This document shows positions 35,820-45,232 of a stretch of DNA of 64,000 nucleotides, one piece after another. Made by a program: the position numbers and the translations under genes. The notes below the pieces were generated by a model. It had not been told where the DNA came from, made no database searches, and saw only the letters and a program-made list of their open reading frames with translations. Source of the DNA: Betaproteobacteria bacterium Ga0077540 (GTDB taxonomy: Bacteria > Pseudomonadota > Gammaproteobacteria > Burkholderiales > Methylophilaceae); NCBI GenBank assembly GCA_001464125.1, contig LNEP01000007.1:8164-72163 (forward strand), read 5' to 3'. The stretch's first letter is position 1. Each line of letters starts with the position of its first letter.

Positions 35820-36952
35820 TACAACACCATCATATTGGCGAAGAGCCGATTGCGCTCGATGCACGCGCCCTAGGCGATTACTGGCCTGGCATTCAGTTGT
35901 ACTATCCACCCGTTAAATATGCCCCAAGTTTGGGTATATACGAGGACATGGACCAAGCGTCAGCACGCATGAAAAAACATGCGCACTTTACCAATGCCCA
36001 TACCCTGATTTTTGACTTGGAAGACGGCTGTCGCCAAAAAGAAATGAGCCGTGAGTTGCTGCGCAAAGAGTTGCCGCAGCTCAGAAAAATCAATGAACGC
36101 GTCACCATTGCCATTCGCGCCAATTCGTTCCGTACCGATGAGTACGAGGAAGATATGAAGCTAGTGCGCGATATGGGCGAATATATTGATGTGGTGATGC
36201 TGGCCAAAGCTGGCGAGGCTTACGGCGCTGCAGAAGTCCGCGATTTGTCTAGCTTTTTAATCAGTGTGAATCCAGAAATCACGATTCAGCCGATTATCGA
36301 ACATCCAAAGTCGCTCAAAATTGCACCGGAACTAATGCAATACAACACAGTGAAGCATGTGGTGTTTGGTATTCACGATTTCTCCAAAGCAATGGGTATT
36401 CATATCACCCCAGAAAACTGGATTGAAGAGCTGTTCTACTTTATTAACCAACTGCTATTTGAAGCACGTATTGCCGGTAAAGGTGTGATTGGTGGGGTAG
36501 AAACGCTGATTGGCAGCAATATCATGCCAGAAAAGTTCCTGGAGCCACATGATGTGCGCCGTTGGTTAGATTTGCATGGCGATAATGAATCGCGCGTGGT
36601 GTACAAGCATGCTTGCAAAGAAGCAGCCATGGGCTTAACTGGCAAACAGGTGATTCATCCTGGACATATTCATTTATGCAAAACCGCTTACACGCCATCT
36701 CCCACCGAAATTACGCAGAAAGTTAGCATTTTGAAGGCGGCGATTGAAGCTGATGCTTTGTTGGGTGGGGCTATTAAATTTGAGGGTGAAATGCTAGACC
36801 CACCCATGTTTGGTAAAGCATTGCAAACCCTGTTACGCGCACATGCCTTGCGTGCGCTAAAAACCAGCGATATGGAATTTGCGCTACATGTATTGCAGTT
36901 GTTGCCGGCGCAAGTGGTGCGTCAGAACTGGCCATATGGAGTACTTTTATAA
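35816..36952 (+). CDS. CitE/HpcH-superfamily acyl-CoA lyase (divergent, 378 aa)
   Basis: FDLEDG, IRAN, IIEHP, FGIHDF, GKQVIHP and GEMLD with Asp. Translationally coupled to sdhE and to the ligase. Confidence 0.8.
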   Translation: MIQHHHIGEEPIALDARALGDYWPGIQLYYPPVKYAPSLGIYEDMDQASARMKKHAHFTNAHTLIFDLEDGCRQKEMSRELLRKELPQLRKINERVTIAIRANSFRTDEYEEDMKLVRDMGEYIDVVMLAKAGEAYGAAEVRDLSSFLISVNPEITIQPIIEHPKSLKIAPELMQYNTVKHVVFGIHDFSKAMGIHITPENWIEELFYFINQLLFEARIAGKGVIGGVETLIGSNIMPEKFLEPHDVRRWLDLHGDNESRVVYKHACKEAAMGLTGKQVIHPGHIHLCKTAYTPSPTEITQKVSILKAAIEADALLGGAIKFEGEMLDPPMFGKALQTLLRAHALRALKTSDMEFALHVLQLLPAQVVRQNWPYGVLL

Positions 36953-38598
36953 TGTTTACACAGTTTCCTCAATGGGTTTGGAACATTCCCGGTTACTTCA
37001 ATATCGGCGTGGCTTGCACTGATACGCACCTCAACACTTCGCGAGCCGATATCGTGGCCATGATTGTGGAGGACGATGCCTTAGGTACGTCCAGCATCAC
37101 CTTTGCGGAGTTAGCACAGCGTACAGATCAGTTTGCGCAAGTGCTGCGTAATTTAGGGGTGAAGGTGGGCGACCGCGTGCTGATTCGCTTGCCCAATAGT
37201 TTGGATTATCCCATTGCATTTTTGGGCGCCATGAAAATGGGTGCGATTTCGGTACCAACCTCCACCTTGCTCACGGCAGAAGAGGTGGCGTATCTGGCAA
37301 AAGACTCTGGTGCAACCGTATTGGTGACCGATGCGGCAGCTTGGAATGTAATGGCGGATGAAATTACCAAAAACACAGCCGATATTGCCAATTTAAAACA
37401 CGTGCTGGTGACTCAGTTGGAAAGTGTTTCAGAGTTCAAATCTCCCGCAGGTTTAAATGTACAAGGCCTTGAAGACAGCATCTTAGACATCCAACAAGTG
37501 GAACCCGCGCATGCCACCAAAGCCGACGATCCAGCCTATCTGGTGTATACCTCTGGTACGACGGGTTATCCTAAAGGCGTATTGCATGCGCACCGTGCGT
37601 TGCTAGGCCGCCAGCCCGCAGCTCAGTATTGGTTTAATTACAGCGAGCAGATTCAAGACCGTATCATGCACTCCGGCAAGTTCAACTGGACCTATGTGCT
37701 AGGGACTGGCCTAATGGATCCCTTGTATTTAGGCAAAACAGTGATTGTGCATGAGGGCAAAAATGATGCACAAAAATGGTTGGACCTGATTAACAAACAT
37801 CAAGCCACTATTTTTATTGGGGTGCCGACCATTTACCGCCAACTCCTTCAAAAAACAACCGCTACGCAGGCCGATATTCCAAGCTTGCGCCATTACATGA
37901 GTGCTGGCGAGCATTTGTCTGACGAGGTGCTGGAACAATGGCGCACTCGCTTTGGTTTGGATATTTATGAAGCGGTGGGCATGAGCGAGTTTTCCTATTA
38001 CTTATCCCAGAGTAAATACCGGCCAATCCGTCCCGGTTCTGCTGGCTTTCCACAACCTGGACATGATGTGCAATTGCTTAACCCAGAAACACTACAGCCA
38101 GTGCCTGTGGGCGAAGAAGGTATGATTTGCGTCAAAGATACTGACCCTGGTTTATTTTTACGGTATTGGAATTTAGACGAAGAAACCGCCAAATATAAGC
38201 ACGATGGCTACTTTTTCTCTGGCGATTACGCAAAATATGATGCCGATGGCTACATTTGGTTCTTAGGGCGTAAGGATGACATTATCAAAAGCTTTGGTTA
38301 TCGCGTCTCGCCCTATGAAATTGAACGTGTTTACAAAGGGCACCCAGCGGTCGCCGATTGTGCAGCGGTGGGGGAAGAGATTGAGAAAGACAAATTGCTG
38401 GTGGTGATTTATGTGATTCCCAAAGCCGATATAACTGTAAACCCAGATGAATTGTTGGCCTATGGCAAACAACATTTGGCGGCTTATAAATCCCCCAAAA
38501 CGGTGTATGTGGCCAAGGATTTCCCGCGCACCAAGAATGGTAAAATATTGCGTAAAGATATCAGCCCAACTATTGCCACTGCAAAAAGCTCAAGATGA
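36952..38598 (+). CDS. Acyl-CoA synthetase (AMP-forming; medium-chain/aromatic-ligase-like)
   Basis: YTSGTTGYPKG, SAGE, GMSE, SGD, GRKDD and PRTKNGK. Confidence 0.9.
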   Translation: MFTQFPQWVWNIPGYFNIGVACTDTHLNTSRADIVAMIVEDDALGTSSITFAELAQRTDQFAQVLRNLGVKVGDRVLIRLPNSLDYPIAFLGAMKMGAISVPTSTLLTAEEVAYLAKDSGATVLVTDAAAWNVMADEITKNTADIANLKHVLVTQLESVSEFKSPAGLNVQGLEDSILDIQQVEPAHATKADDPAYLVYTSGTTGYPKGVLHAHRALLGRQPAAQYWFNYSEQIQDRIMHSGKFNWTYVLGTGLMDPLYLGKTVIVHEGKNDAQKWLDLINKHQATIFIGVPTIYRQLLQKTTATQADIPSLRHYMSAGEHLSDEVLEQWRTRFGLDIYEAVGMSEFSYYLSQSKYRPIRPGSAGFPQPGHDVQLLNPETLQPVPVGEEGMICVKDTDPGLFLRYWNLDEETAKYKHDGYFFSGDYAKYDADGYIWFLGRKDDIIKSFGYRVSPYEIERVYKGHPAVADCAAVGEEIEKDKLLVVIYVIPKADITVNPDELLAYGKQHLAAYKSPKTVYVAKDFPRTKNGKILRKDISPTIATAKSSR

Positions 38599-40100
38599 CC
38601 ATCGTTAAACAAGAAGACTTTATCCAAAGCGTTGCCGACGCCTTGCAATATATATCCTACTACCACCCAGAAGACTATATTCAAGCGCTAGGTGAAGCGT
38701 ATGCCATTGAGGAGTCCCCTGCTGCTAAAGATGCGATTGCACAAATTTTAACCAACTCGCGTATGTGCGCAGAAGGCAAGCGACCCTTATGCCAAGACAC
38801 AGGGATTGTGGTGGCATTTGTCAAAGTCGGTATGGATGTTAGGTTTGAGAGCCAACTCAGTTTAGAGGCGATGGTGAATGAAGGGGTGCGCCGAGCTTAT
38901 TTACATCCAGACAACACCTTACGCGCCAGTATTGTGAACGACCCAGCTGGGCTTCGCAAAAACACCACAGACAATACACCTGCCATTACCCATGTGGAAT
39001 TGGTTCCGGGTAATACTGTTGAGGTGACGGTAGCTGCCAAAGGCGGTGGTAGCGAGAATAAAGCCAAACTGGCCATGCTGAACCCAAACGACAGTATTGT
39101 CGATTGGGTATTAGAAGTCGTGCCGACCATGGGCGCCGGTTGGTGTCCACCTGGTATGCTAGGGATAGGCATTGGCGGTAGCGCAGAAAAAGCCATGCTG
39201 TTAGCCAAAGAATCCCTCATGCAACCAATTGATATGCATGTATTAAAAGTCAAAGGCCCGAGCAACCGCATCGAAGAGTTACGCTTAGAGTTATATGAAA
39301 AAGTGAATGCATTAGGCATTGGGGCGCAAGGTTTAGGTGGCTTAACCACCGTGCTGGATATTAAGATTTTAGATTACCCCACCCATGCCGCCAGTTTGCC
39401 GGTAGCGATTATTCCCAACTGTGCGGCCACGCGCCATGTGCACTTTATCTTGGATGGCACTGGGGTGACAGAATTAACACCGCCTAATATGGATGTGTAT
39501 CCCAATGTGCACTGGGCGCCCAGTGCACAAGCCAAAAGGGTGAATGTTGATAGCGTTACCAAAGCGGATACGCAGAGCTGGCAAGCAGGCGAGACCTTAT
39601 TGCTCACGGGCAAAATACTTACTGGGCGTGATGCCGCGCACAAGCGTATTGCCAATATGTTGGCCAAAGGCGAAGCGCTGCCTGTAGATTTTACCAATCG
39701 TTTTATTTACTACGTAGGCCCTGTTGATGCGGTGCGTGATGAAGCGGTAGGCCCAGCTGGCCCGACCACAGCGACGCGCATGGATGACTACACCGAAATG
39801 ATGCTTAACACTGGTTTGTTAGGCTCTATCGGCAAAGCTGAACGCGGCGATGACGCACTCGCTGTGATGGCGAAATATCAATCCGTGTATTTAATGGCCG
39901 TAGGTGGCGCAGCATATTTGGTGAGTAAAGCCATTAAAAAATCACGTGTGGTGGCGTTTGCTGATTTAGGTATGGAAGCCATTTATGAATTTGATGTGGT
40001 CGATATGCCTGTGACGGTGGCGGTGAGTGCCAATGGGGAATCGGTACATAAAACCGGTCCAGCGCAGTGGCAGCAAAAAATTGCTATCAAACAATTGTAA
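38595..40100 (+). CDS. Class I (Fe-S) fumarate hydratase, possible mesaconase
   Basis: PLCQDTG, KGGGSEN, GWCPPG, NCAATRH, GRDAAH and GPTTATRM. Confidence 0.93.
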   Translation: MTIVKQEDFIQSVADALQYISYYHPEDYIQALGEAYAIEESPAAKDAIAQILTNSRMCAEGKRPLCQDTGIVVAFVKVGMDVRFESQLSLEAMVNEGVRRAYLHPDNTLRASIVNDPAGLRKNTTDNTPAITHVELVPGNTVEVTVAAKGGGSENKAKLAMLNPNDSIVDWVLEVVPTMGAGWCPPGMLGIGIGGSAEKAMLLAKESLMQPIDMHVLKVKGPSNRIEELRLELYEKVNALGIGAQGLGGLTTVLDIKILDYPTHAASLPVAIIPNCAATRHVHFILDGTGVTELTPPNMDVYPNVHWAPSAQAKRVNVDSVTKADTQSWQAGETLLLTGKILTGRDAAHKRIANMLAKGEALPVDFTNRFIYYVGPVDAVRDEAVGPAGPTTATRMDDYTEMMLNTGLLGSIGKAERGDDALAVMAKYQSVYLMAVGGAAYLVSKAIKKSRVVAFADLGMEAIYEFDVVDMPVTVAVSANGESVHKTGPAQWQQKIAIKQL

Positions 40101-40110
40101 ATGTTTGACT

Positions 40111-40132
40111 TTATGTGAATTTGGTCACATAA
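40111..40132. promoter_or_regulatory. CRP/FNR-family (CRP/Clp-type) binding site
   Basis: TTATGTGA-atttgg-TCACATAA is an exact TGTGA-N6-TCACA. It lies at roughly class II spacing from TAATAT at 40152-40157, upstream of the small secreted protein. Confidence 0.65.
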
Positions 40133-40207
40133 GCCTAAGCACTATTTGTTTTAATATGGGTCTATCATACGTATGATTGCATACGTAAATTGACTAATGA
40201 GACCCTT

Positions 40208-40513
40208 ATGTTAAAACGCATATACTGGTTAAGCTTCATGTTCTTTTCGCTGAATCTTCATGCGGAAAGCATGTTGGATTATTTAACGGATAGCCATGGT
40301 AAATACATCGGCCCCACGGTTGAAGATCAAGTGGCGCTGATGGACAAAGACCGCAACGGATTTGCGGATGTATTTGAAGTGCGTGCTTACTTAGAAAAGC
40401 AGCACGGCGTTGGTTACCAAAAAGAATTGTTGGATAGATGGGAGGCTTCTGCCAGCGGTAAAAGCTGCAGTACCCCATTTGCCAAAGAGTTATATTCAGA
40501 TAGTACAAATTAG
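40208..40513 (+). CDS. Small secreted protein with an EF-hand-like loop
   Basis: Signal peptide ending LHA-E and the loop DKDRNGFADVFE. Confidence 0.7.
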   Translation: MLKRIYWLSFMFFSLNLHAESMLDYLTDSHGKYIGPTVEDQVALMDKDRNGFADVFEVRAYLEKQHGVGYQKELLDRWEASASGKSCSTPFAKELYSDSTN

Positions 40514-40605
40514 CCTAAACACAGAGTTTTTACATATGTGAAACTTTTAACTGTTTTAGGCTGGTTTATAATAGATTTAGTTATTTTAATTCGAGCCTAA
40601 ACACC

Positions 40606-43197
40606 ATGTTAAAAGCGTATGAAGCCCACGTGCAAGAACGTGCTGCACAACAATTACCTCCATTACCATTAAATGCCGAGCAAGTTGCCGAACTGGTTGA
40701 CTTGCTAAAATCACCCCCAGCCGGACAAGAGGCATTGCTGCTTGAATTGTTGGCTAACCGCATTCCTGCAGGTGTAGATCAAGCTGCTTATGTCAAAGCC
40801 GCATTTTTGGCCGATATTGCCAAAGGCAATGCCAGCTCACCACTGGTGAATGCTGAAAAAGCCGTTGCGTTATTGGGCACTATGTTAGGTGGTTACAACG
40901 TGCAAGCATTAGTGGAACTGCTGGATACCAATATGGCAGCACATGCGGTGACTGCATTATCAAACACTATCTTGATGTTTGATGCCTTTCATGATGTAGA
41001 TGCAAAAATGAAAGCGGGTAATTTACACGCAAAAAAACTCATGGAATCATGGGCCAATGCAGAGTGGTTTACCAGCAAGCCAGTGTTAGCCGATGCCATT
41101 AAAGTCGTGGTGTTTAAAGTGGATGGCGAAACCAATACCGATGATTTAAGCCCAGCGCAAGAGGCTTGGAGCCGTCCAGACATTCCATTGCATGCCAAAG
41201 CCATGCTAGTGAATAAAATGCCAGATGGTTTAAACATCATTGAAACATTGAAACAAAAAGGCCTGCCGTTGGCGTATGTGGGTGATGTGGTAGGTACAGG
41301 CTCTTCACGTAAATCTGCCATTAACTCGGTGCAATGGTTTATGGGCAATGACATTCCTAATATCCCGAATAAACGCACGGGTGGTGTAGTCATGGGTGGC
41401 AAAATTGCCCCAATTTTCTTCAACACTGCAGAAGATTCAGGCGCATTTCCGATTCAATGCGATGTATCAAAGTTAAATACGGGGGATGTCATCACGATTA
41501 AACCTTACGAAGGCAAAGTATTGTCCGAGTCTGGTGAAGTGATTTCGACATTTGAGCTAAGCCCGATTACCATGCCAGACGAAGTACGTGCAGGCGGACG
41601 TATACCTTTAATTATTGGCCGTGGTTTAACCACCAATGCACGTAAAGCGCTAGGCTTATCAGAGCCAGATATCTTTATCACTGCCACGCCAGCAATTGTT
41701 TCAAACAAAGGCTTTACCTTGGCGCAAAAAATGGTGGGGCGTGCTTGTGGCCTGCCAGAAGGTCAAGGCGTTCGCCCAGGCAGCTATTGCGAACCGAAAG
41801 CCACCACCGTGGGTTCGCAAGATACTACTGGCGGTATGACGCGCGATGAATTAAAAGAATTGGCTTGTTTGGGCTTTAGCAGCGATTTAGTCATGCAAAG
41901 CTTCTGCCATACGGCAGCTTACCCAAAACCAGTGGATATTAAACTTCAACATACTCTGCCTGAGTTTATGTCTAGCCGTGGCGGCGTCAGCTTAAAACCG
42001 GGCGATGGTGTGATTCACTCCTGGCTTAACCGTATGATTCTGCCAGATACCGTAGGCACGGGTGGCGATTCACATACCCGCTTCCCAATCGGTATTTCGT
42101 TCCCTGCGGGTTCTGGTTTGGTTGCGTTTGCTGCGGCTACAGGGGCGATGCCTTTAGATATGCCTGAATCAGTATTAGTGCGTTTTAAAGGCACCATGCA
42201 GCCGGGCATCACTCTGCGTGATTTGGTGAATGCCATTCCTTATGCCGCGATTCAAGAGGGCACATTAACGGTAGGCAAACAAGGTAAGAAAAATGTCTTC
42301 AACGGCCGTATTTTAGAAATTGAAGGCTTGCCAGACTTAAAAGTGGAGCAAGCGTTTGAGTTTGCTGACGCTTCTGCCGAACGTTCCGCCAACGGTTGTA
42401 CTGTGTTGCTTAACAAAGAGCCAGTGATTGAGTTCCTCAATTCTAATATCGTGCTGATGCAAAACATGATTGAAAATGGCTATCAAGATGCACGCACTTT
42501 GCAACGCCGTATCGAGAATATGCAAGCATGGCTAGCTAAGCCGGAACTGCTACAACCGGATGCGGATGCGGAATACGCGCATGTGATTGAAATTGATTTA
42601 AATGAAATCAAAGAGCCATTGGTGGCCTGCCCGAATGACCCCGATGACATCAAACCATTGTCTGCTGTGGTTGGTGATAAAATTGACGAAGTGTTTATTG
42701 GTAGTTGCATGACCAATATCGGGCATTATCGTGCGGCGGCTAAAGTGTTGGATGGCGCTGGCAATATTCCAACGCGTTTATGGATTGCGCCGCCCACACG
42801 TATGGATGAAGCACAGCTGCGTGATGAAGGCGTCTATTCCACTTTTGGTGTTGCAGGTGCGCGCACAGAAGTGCCCGGCTGTTCACTCTGTATGGGTAAC
42901 CAAGCACGAGTAGCGGACAAAGCCACCGTATTTTCTACCAGCACACGTAACTTTGATAACCGCATGGGCAAGGATGCGCGCGTGTATTTAGGGTCAGCTG
43001 AGTTAGCGGCAGTATGTGCTAAGTTAGGCCGTATGCCTACGCATGCTGAGTACCTAGAAACGGTTGGCAATAAATTGGCGAATACTGCTGAAATTTATAA
43101 GTACTTGAATTTTCACCAAATGACTGAATACAAAGCAGCTTTGGATACTTTAAGCTCAGGTAAAAAAGTGATTGCCATCGCAGCGGCTGTTGAATAA
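40606..43197 (+). CDS. acnB: Aconitate hydratase B / 2-methylisocitrate dehydratase
   Basis: N-terminal HEAT-like domain, [34 protein letters not shown] and [10 protein letters not shown]. Confidence 0.97.
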   Translation: MLKAYEAHVQERAAQQLPPLPLNAEQVAELVDLLKSPPAGQEALLLELLANRIPAGVDQAAYVKAAFLADIAKGNASSPLVNAEKAVALLGTMLGGYNVQALVELLDTNMAAHAVTALSNTILMFDAFHDVDAKMKAGNLHAKKLMESWANAEWFTSKPVLADAIKVVVFKVDGETNTDDLSPAQEAWSRPDIPLHAKAMLVNKMPDGLNIIETLKQKGLPLAYVGDVVGTGSSRKSAINSVQWFMGNDIPNIPNKRTGGVVMGGKIAPIFFNTAEDSGAFPIQCDVSKLNTGDVITIKPYEGKVLSESGEVISTFELSPITMPDEVRAGGRIPLIIGRGLTTNARKALGLSEPDIFITATPAIVSNKGFTLAQKMVGRACGLPEGQGVRPGSYCEPKATTVGSQDTTGGMTRDELKELACLGFSSDLVMQSFCHTAAYPKPVDIKLQHTLPEFMSSRGGVSLKPGDGVIHSWLNRMILPDTVGTGGDSHTRFPIGISFPAGSGLVAFAAATGAMPLDMPESVLVRFKGTMQPGITLRDLVNAIPYAAIQEGTLTVGKQGKKNVFNGRILEIEGLPDLKVEQAFEFADASAERSANGCTVLLNKEPVIEFLNSNIVLMQNMIENGYQDARTLQRRIENMQAWLAKPELLQPDADAEYAHVIEIDLNEIKEPLVACPNDPDDIKPLSAVVGDKIDEVFIGSCMTNIGHYRAAAKVLDGAGNIPTRLWIAPPTRMDEAQLRDEGVYSTFGVAGARTEVPGCSLCMGNQARVADKATVFSTSTRNFDNRMGKDARVYLGSAELAAVCAKLGRMPTHAEYLETVGNKLANTAEIYKYLNFHQMTEYKAALDTLSSGKKVIAIAAAVE

Positions 43198-43226
43198 GCT
43201 TCGACCTTAATCAGCAGGCTAATCGT

Positions 43227-43628
43227 TTGCAACCACAAGATAATAGCCCATTCGGTAAGTTTAGATGGAAAGACTGGCGTGTAATGTTGCCAGTCTTGCT
43301 ATTCATTATTGCCTTGATTTATTTAGGGGTTCACTACCACATCAATTATGAGGTTATCGCCGGAGGCACTGTGGTAATCGGGTTGATTTCGGGTGTATTT
43401 GCTTGGCTGGTGGGGGTGGTAGGTCTGATCCCGATTATTGGGCCATTAATTGTAAAGGTGCTTAGCCTGTCGGTTATATGGCTATTGAATGCCCTGGGCT
43501 ATATCGTTTCGTATATTGCTATTCGTCGCGGCTATAGTCAGGATGTACTTACCTACCGTGGACTTACCATTGCCTTAATCATCGGGATTGTGATCGGTTT
43601 CGTATTAGGCAGTATGTTTTCCAACTGA
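43227..43628 (+). CDS. Hypothetical membrane protein
   Basis: Multi-TM hydrophobic ORF. Its 3' end overlaps the convergent ketosynthase stop by 24 bp. Confidence 0.7.
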   Translation: MQPQDNSPFGKFRWKDWRVMLPVLLFIIALIYLGVHYHINYEVIAGGTVVIGLISGVFAWLVGVVGLIPIIGPLIVKVLSLSVIWLLNALGYIVSYIAIRRGYSQDVLTYRGLTIALIIGIVIGFVLGSMFSN

Positions 43629-44864
43629 TTTCTTAAAAATCAGCGTTGCACCTGTGCCACCAAACGCAAACGAGTTGGACATTGCGTATTCTAAGTTATC
43701 TATCTTTTGTGATTGATTAGGCACATTATTTAAATCACATTTGGGGTCTGGTTGTTCCAGATTGATGGTGGGGGGGAGTTCGTTACGTTGCATGCCCAAA
43801 AGTGTAATGATGCTTTCCAGCACACCCGCTGCACCCATTAAATGACCATGCATGGATTTGGTAGAGCTAACAGCCAGTTGGTAAGCGTGCTCACCAAAAA
43901 TCTGTTTAATGGCGTTGGTTTCGGTTTCATCGTTAAATTTTGTACCGGTGCCATGTGCATTAATGTATTGAATCAATTGAGGATTTAAGCCAGAGTCATC
44001 TAATGCTTTCTGCATGGCTGCGGCTTGGCCTTCTACTGATGGTACGGCAATGTGTTTAAAATCATTGGCAGCGCCATACCCTATAATTTCCGCATAAATA
44101 TGTGCGCCTCTAGCTTGAGCGTGCGATAACTCTTCAAGAATCATTGTAGCTGCACCTTCACCAATGACTAGCCCTGTGCGGTTGGCAGAAAATGGCTTGC
44201 AAGATTTACTGATATCTTCTTTATCTTCTTCGGCCAGTGTGCGAATGGCTTCCCAAGATTTAATACTGGCGTAGGCCAAAATGGCATCGGTGCCGCCGGC
44301 TAATGCTACATCAATCTCGCCATAGCGAATATCTTTCATGGCTTGGCCTATGGACACGGCGGAAGAAGAGCATGCGGTGGAAAAGGTGAGATTGGGGCCA
44401 GAAATCGAAAAATGGGTGGCAATGGCAGCAGCAGGGCTGTTGTACATACACATGAGAACAGTATAGGGTTTTAGGCGATTTTCACCTTCTACAAACAATG
44501 TTTGGTAGCCGTCTTCTACTGAATGGATGCCCCCCATACCTGTACCTACATACACACCGGTACGGTCTTTTACCACCTTATCCATATCTAAATCCGCGTG
44601 TTTTACCGCCTCTTTGCTGGCATGTAAGGCCATTTGGCCAACACGGTCTAGAATGGAGTAGTCACTCTTTTTTTCAAAATAGTGGCCTGGGTCAAAGTCT
44701 GCTTGTGCTGCTACTTTGCAGTTGAGTTTGTCTAGATATGGACCTACAAACTGTTTGATGCCGGATTTTCCGGCAAAGATGTTTGTCGCCAATTCATCAA
44801 CGGTGTTGCCCAGTGGGGATACCAAGCCAAACCCGGTGACTACGACGCGCCGTTGATGCTTCAT
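43605..44864 (-). CDS. Beta-ketoacyl-ACP synthase II-type, NodE-like
   Basis: Intact Cys-His-His triad (TACSSS, NAHGTGT, KSMHGHL) and SNSFAFGG. The segment AGGTDA...KSWEAIRTLA resembles NodE (KSWEALRVLA) more than housekeeping FabF. Confidence 0.88.
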   Translation of the reverse strand: MKHQRRVVVTGFGLVSPLGNTVDELATNIFAGKSGIKQFVGPYLDKLNCKVAAQADFDPGHYFEKKSDYSILDRVGQMALHASKEAVKHADLDMDKVVKDRTGVYVGTGMGGIHSVEDGYQTLFVEGENRLKPYTVLMCMYNSPAAAIATHFSISGPNLTFSTACSSSAVSIGQAMKDIRYGEIDVALAGGTDAILAYASIKSWEAIRTLAEEDKEDISKSCKPFSANRTGLVIGEGAATMILEELSHAQARGAHIYAEIIGYGAANDFKHIAVPSVEGQAAAMQKALDDSGLNPQLIQYINAHGTGTKFNDETETNAIKQIFGEHAYQLAVSSTKSMHGHLMGAAGVLESIITLLGMQRNELPPTINLEQPDPKCDLNNVPNQSQKIDNLEYAMSNSFAFGGTGATLIFKKSVGKHTA

Positions 44865-44873
44865 CTTTCTAAC

Positions 44874-45134
44874 TTATTGTTTTGAAAGCACTAAGTCATG
44901 TGTCACATCAATCACATCTTGAATGGTAACTAAGTGCTCGTAGTTTTTGGGGAAAGAAATGTTGTATTGATGCTCAATACTGAATATCACTTCAAGAAAG
45001 CCAAACGAATCAATATCGAGTTCTTTGAGTGGGCGATCTGGGGATAATTTATCGATGCTAATGTTTTTTTCTTTGGTGAAAATGTCGGTCAAAAACGATT
45101 TGATTTCGTCTTTTGTGGCAATTTTATTGCTCAT
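44874..45134 (-). CDS. Specialised acyl carrier protein
   Basis: 86 aa with the phosphopantetheine Ser in LKELDIDSFGFLEV. Lies directly upstream of the ketosynthase. Sequence unlike housekeeping AcpP (GADSLD). Confidence 0.85.
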   Translation of the reverse strand: MSNKIATKDEIKSFLTDIFTKEKNISIDKLSPDRPLKELDIDSFGFLEVIFSIEHQYNISFPKNYEHLVTIQDVIDVTHDLVLSKQ

Positions 45135-45232
45135 TCAAGGGGTTCCTTCACGGTATTCGCCTTTTGGGCTGTATTTTTTATAAATTTCTAGAATATAATG
45201 CCATAAAGCTTTGTATAAAGTGTGAGATTTTA

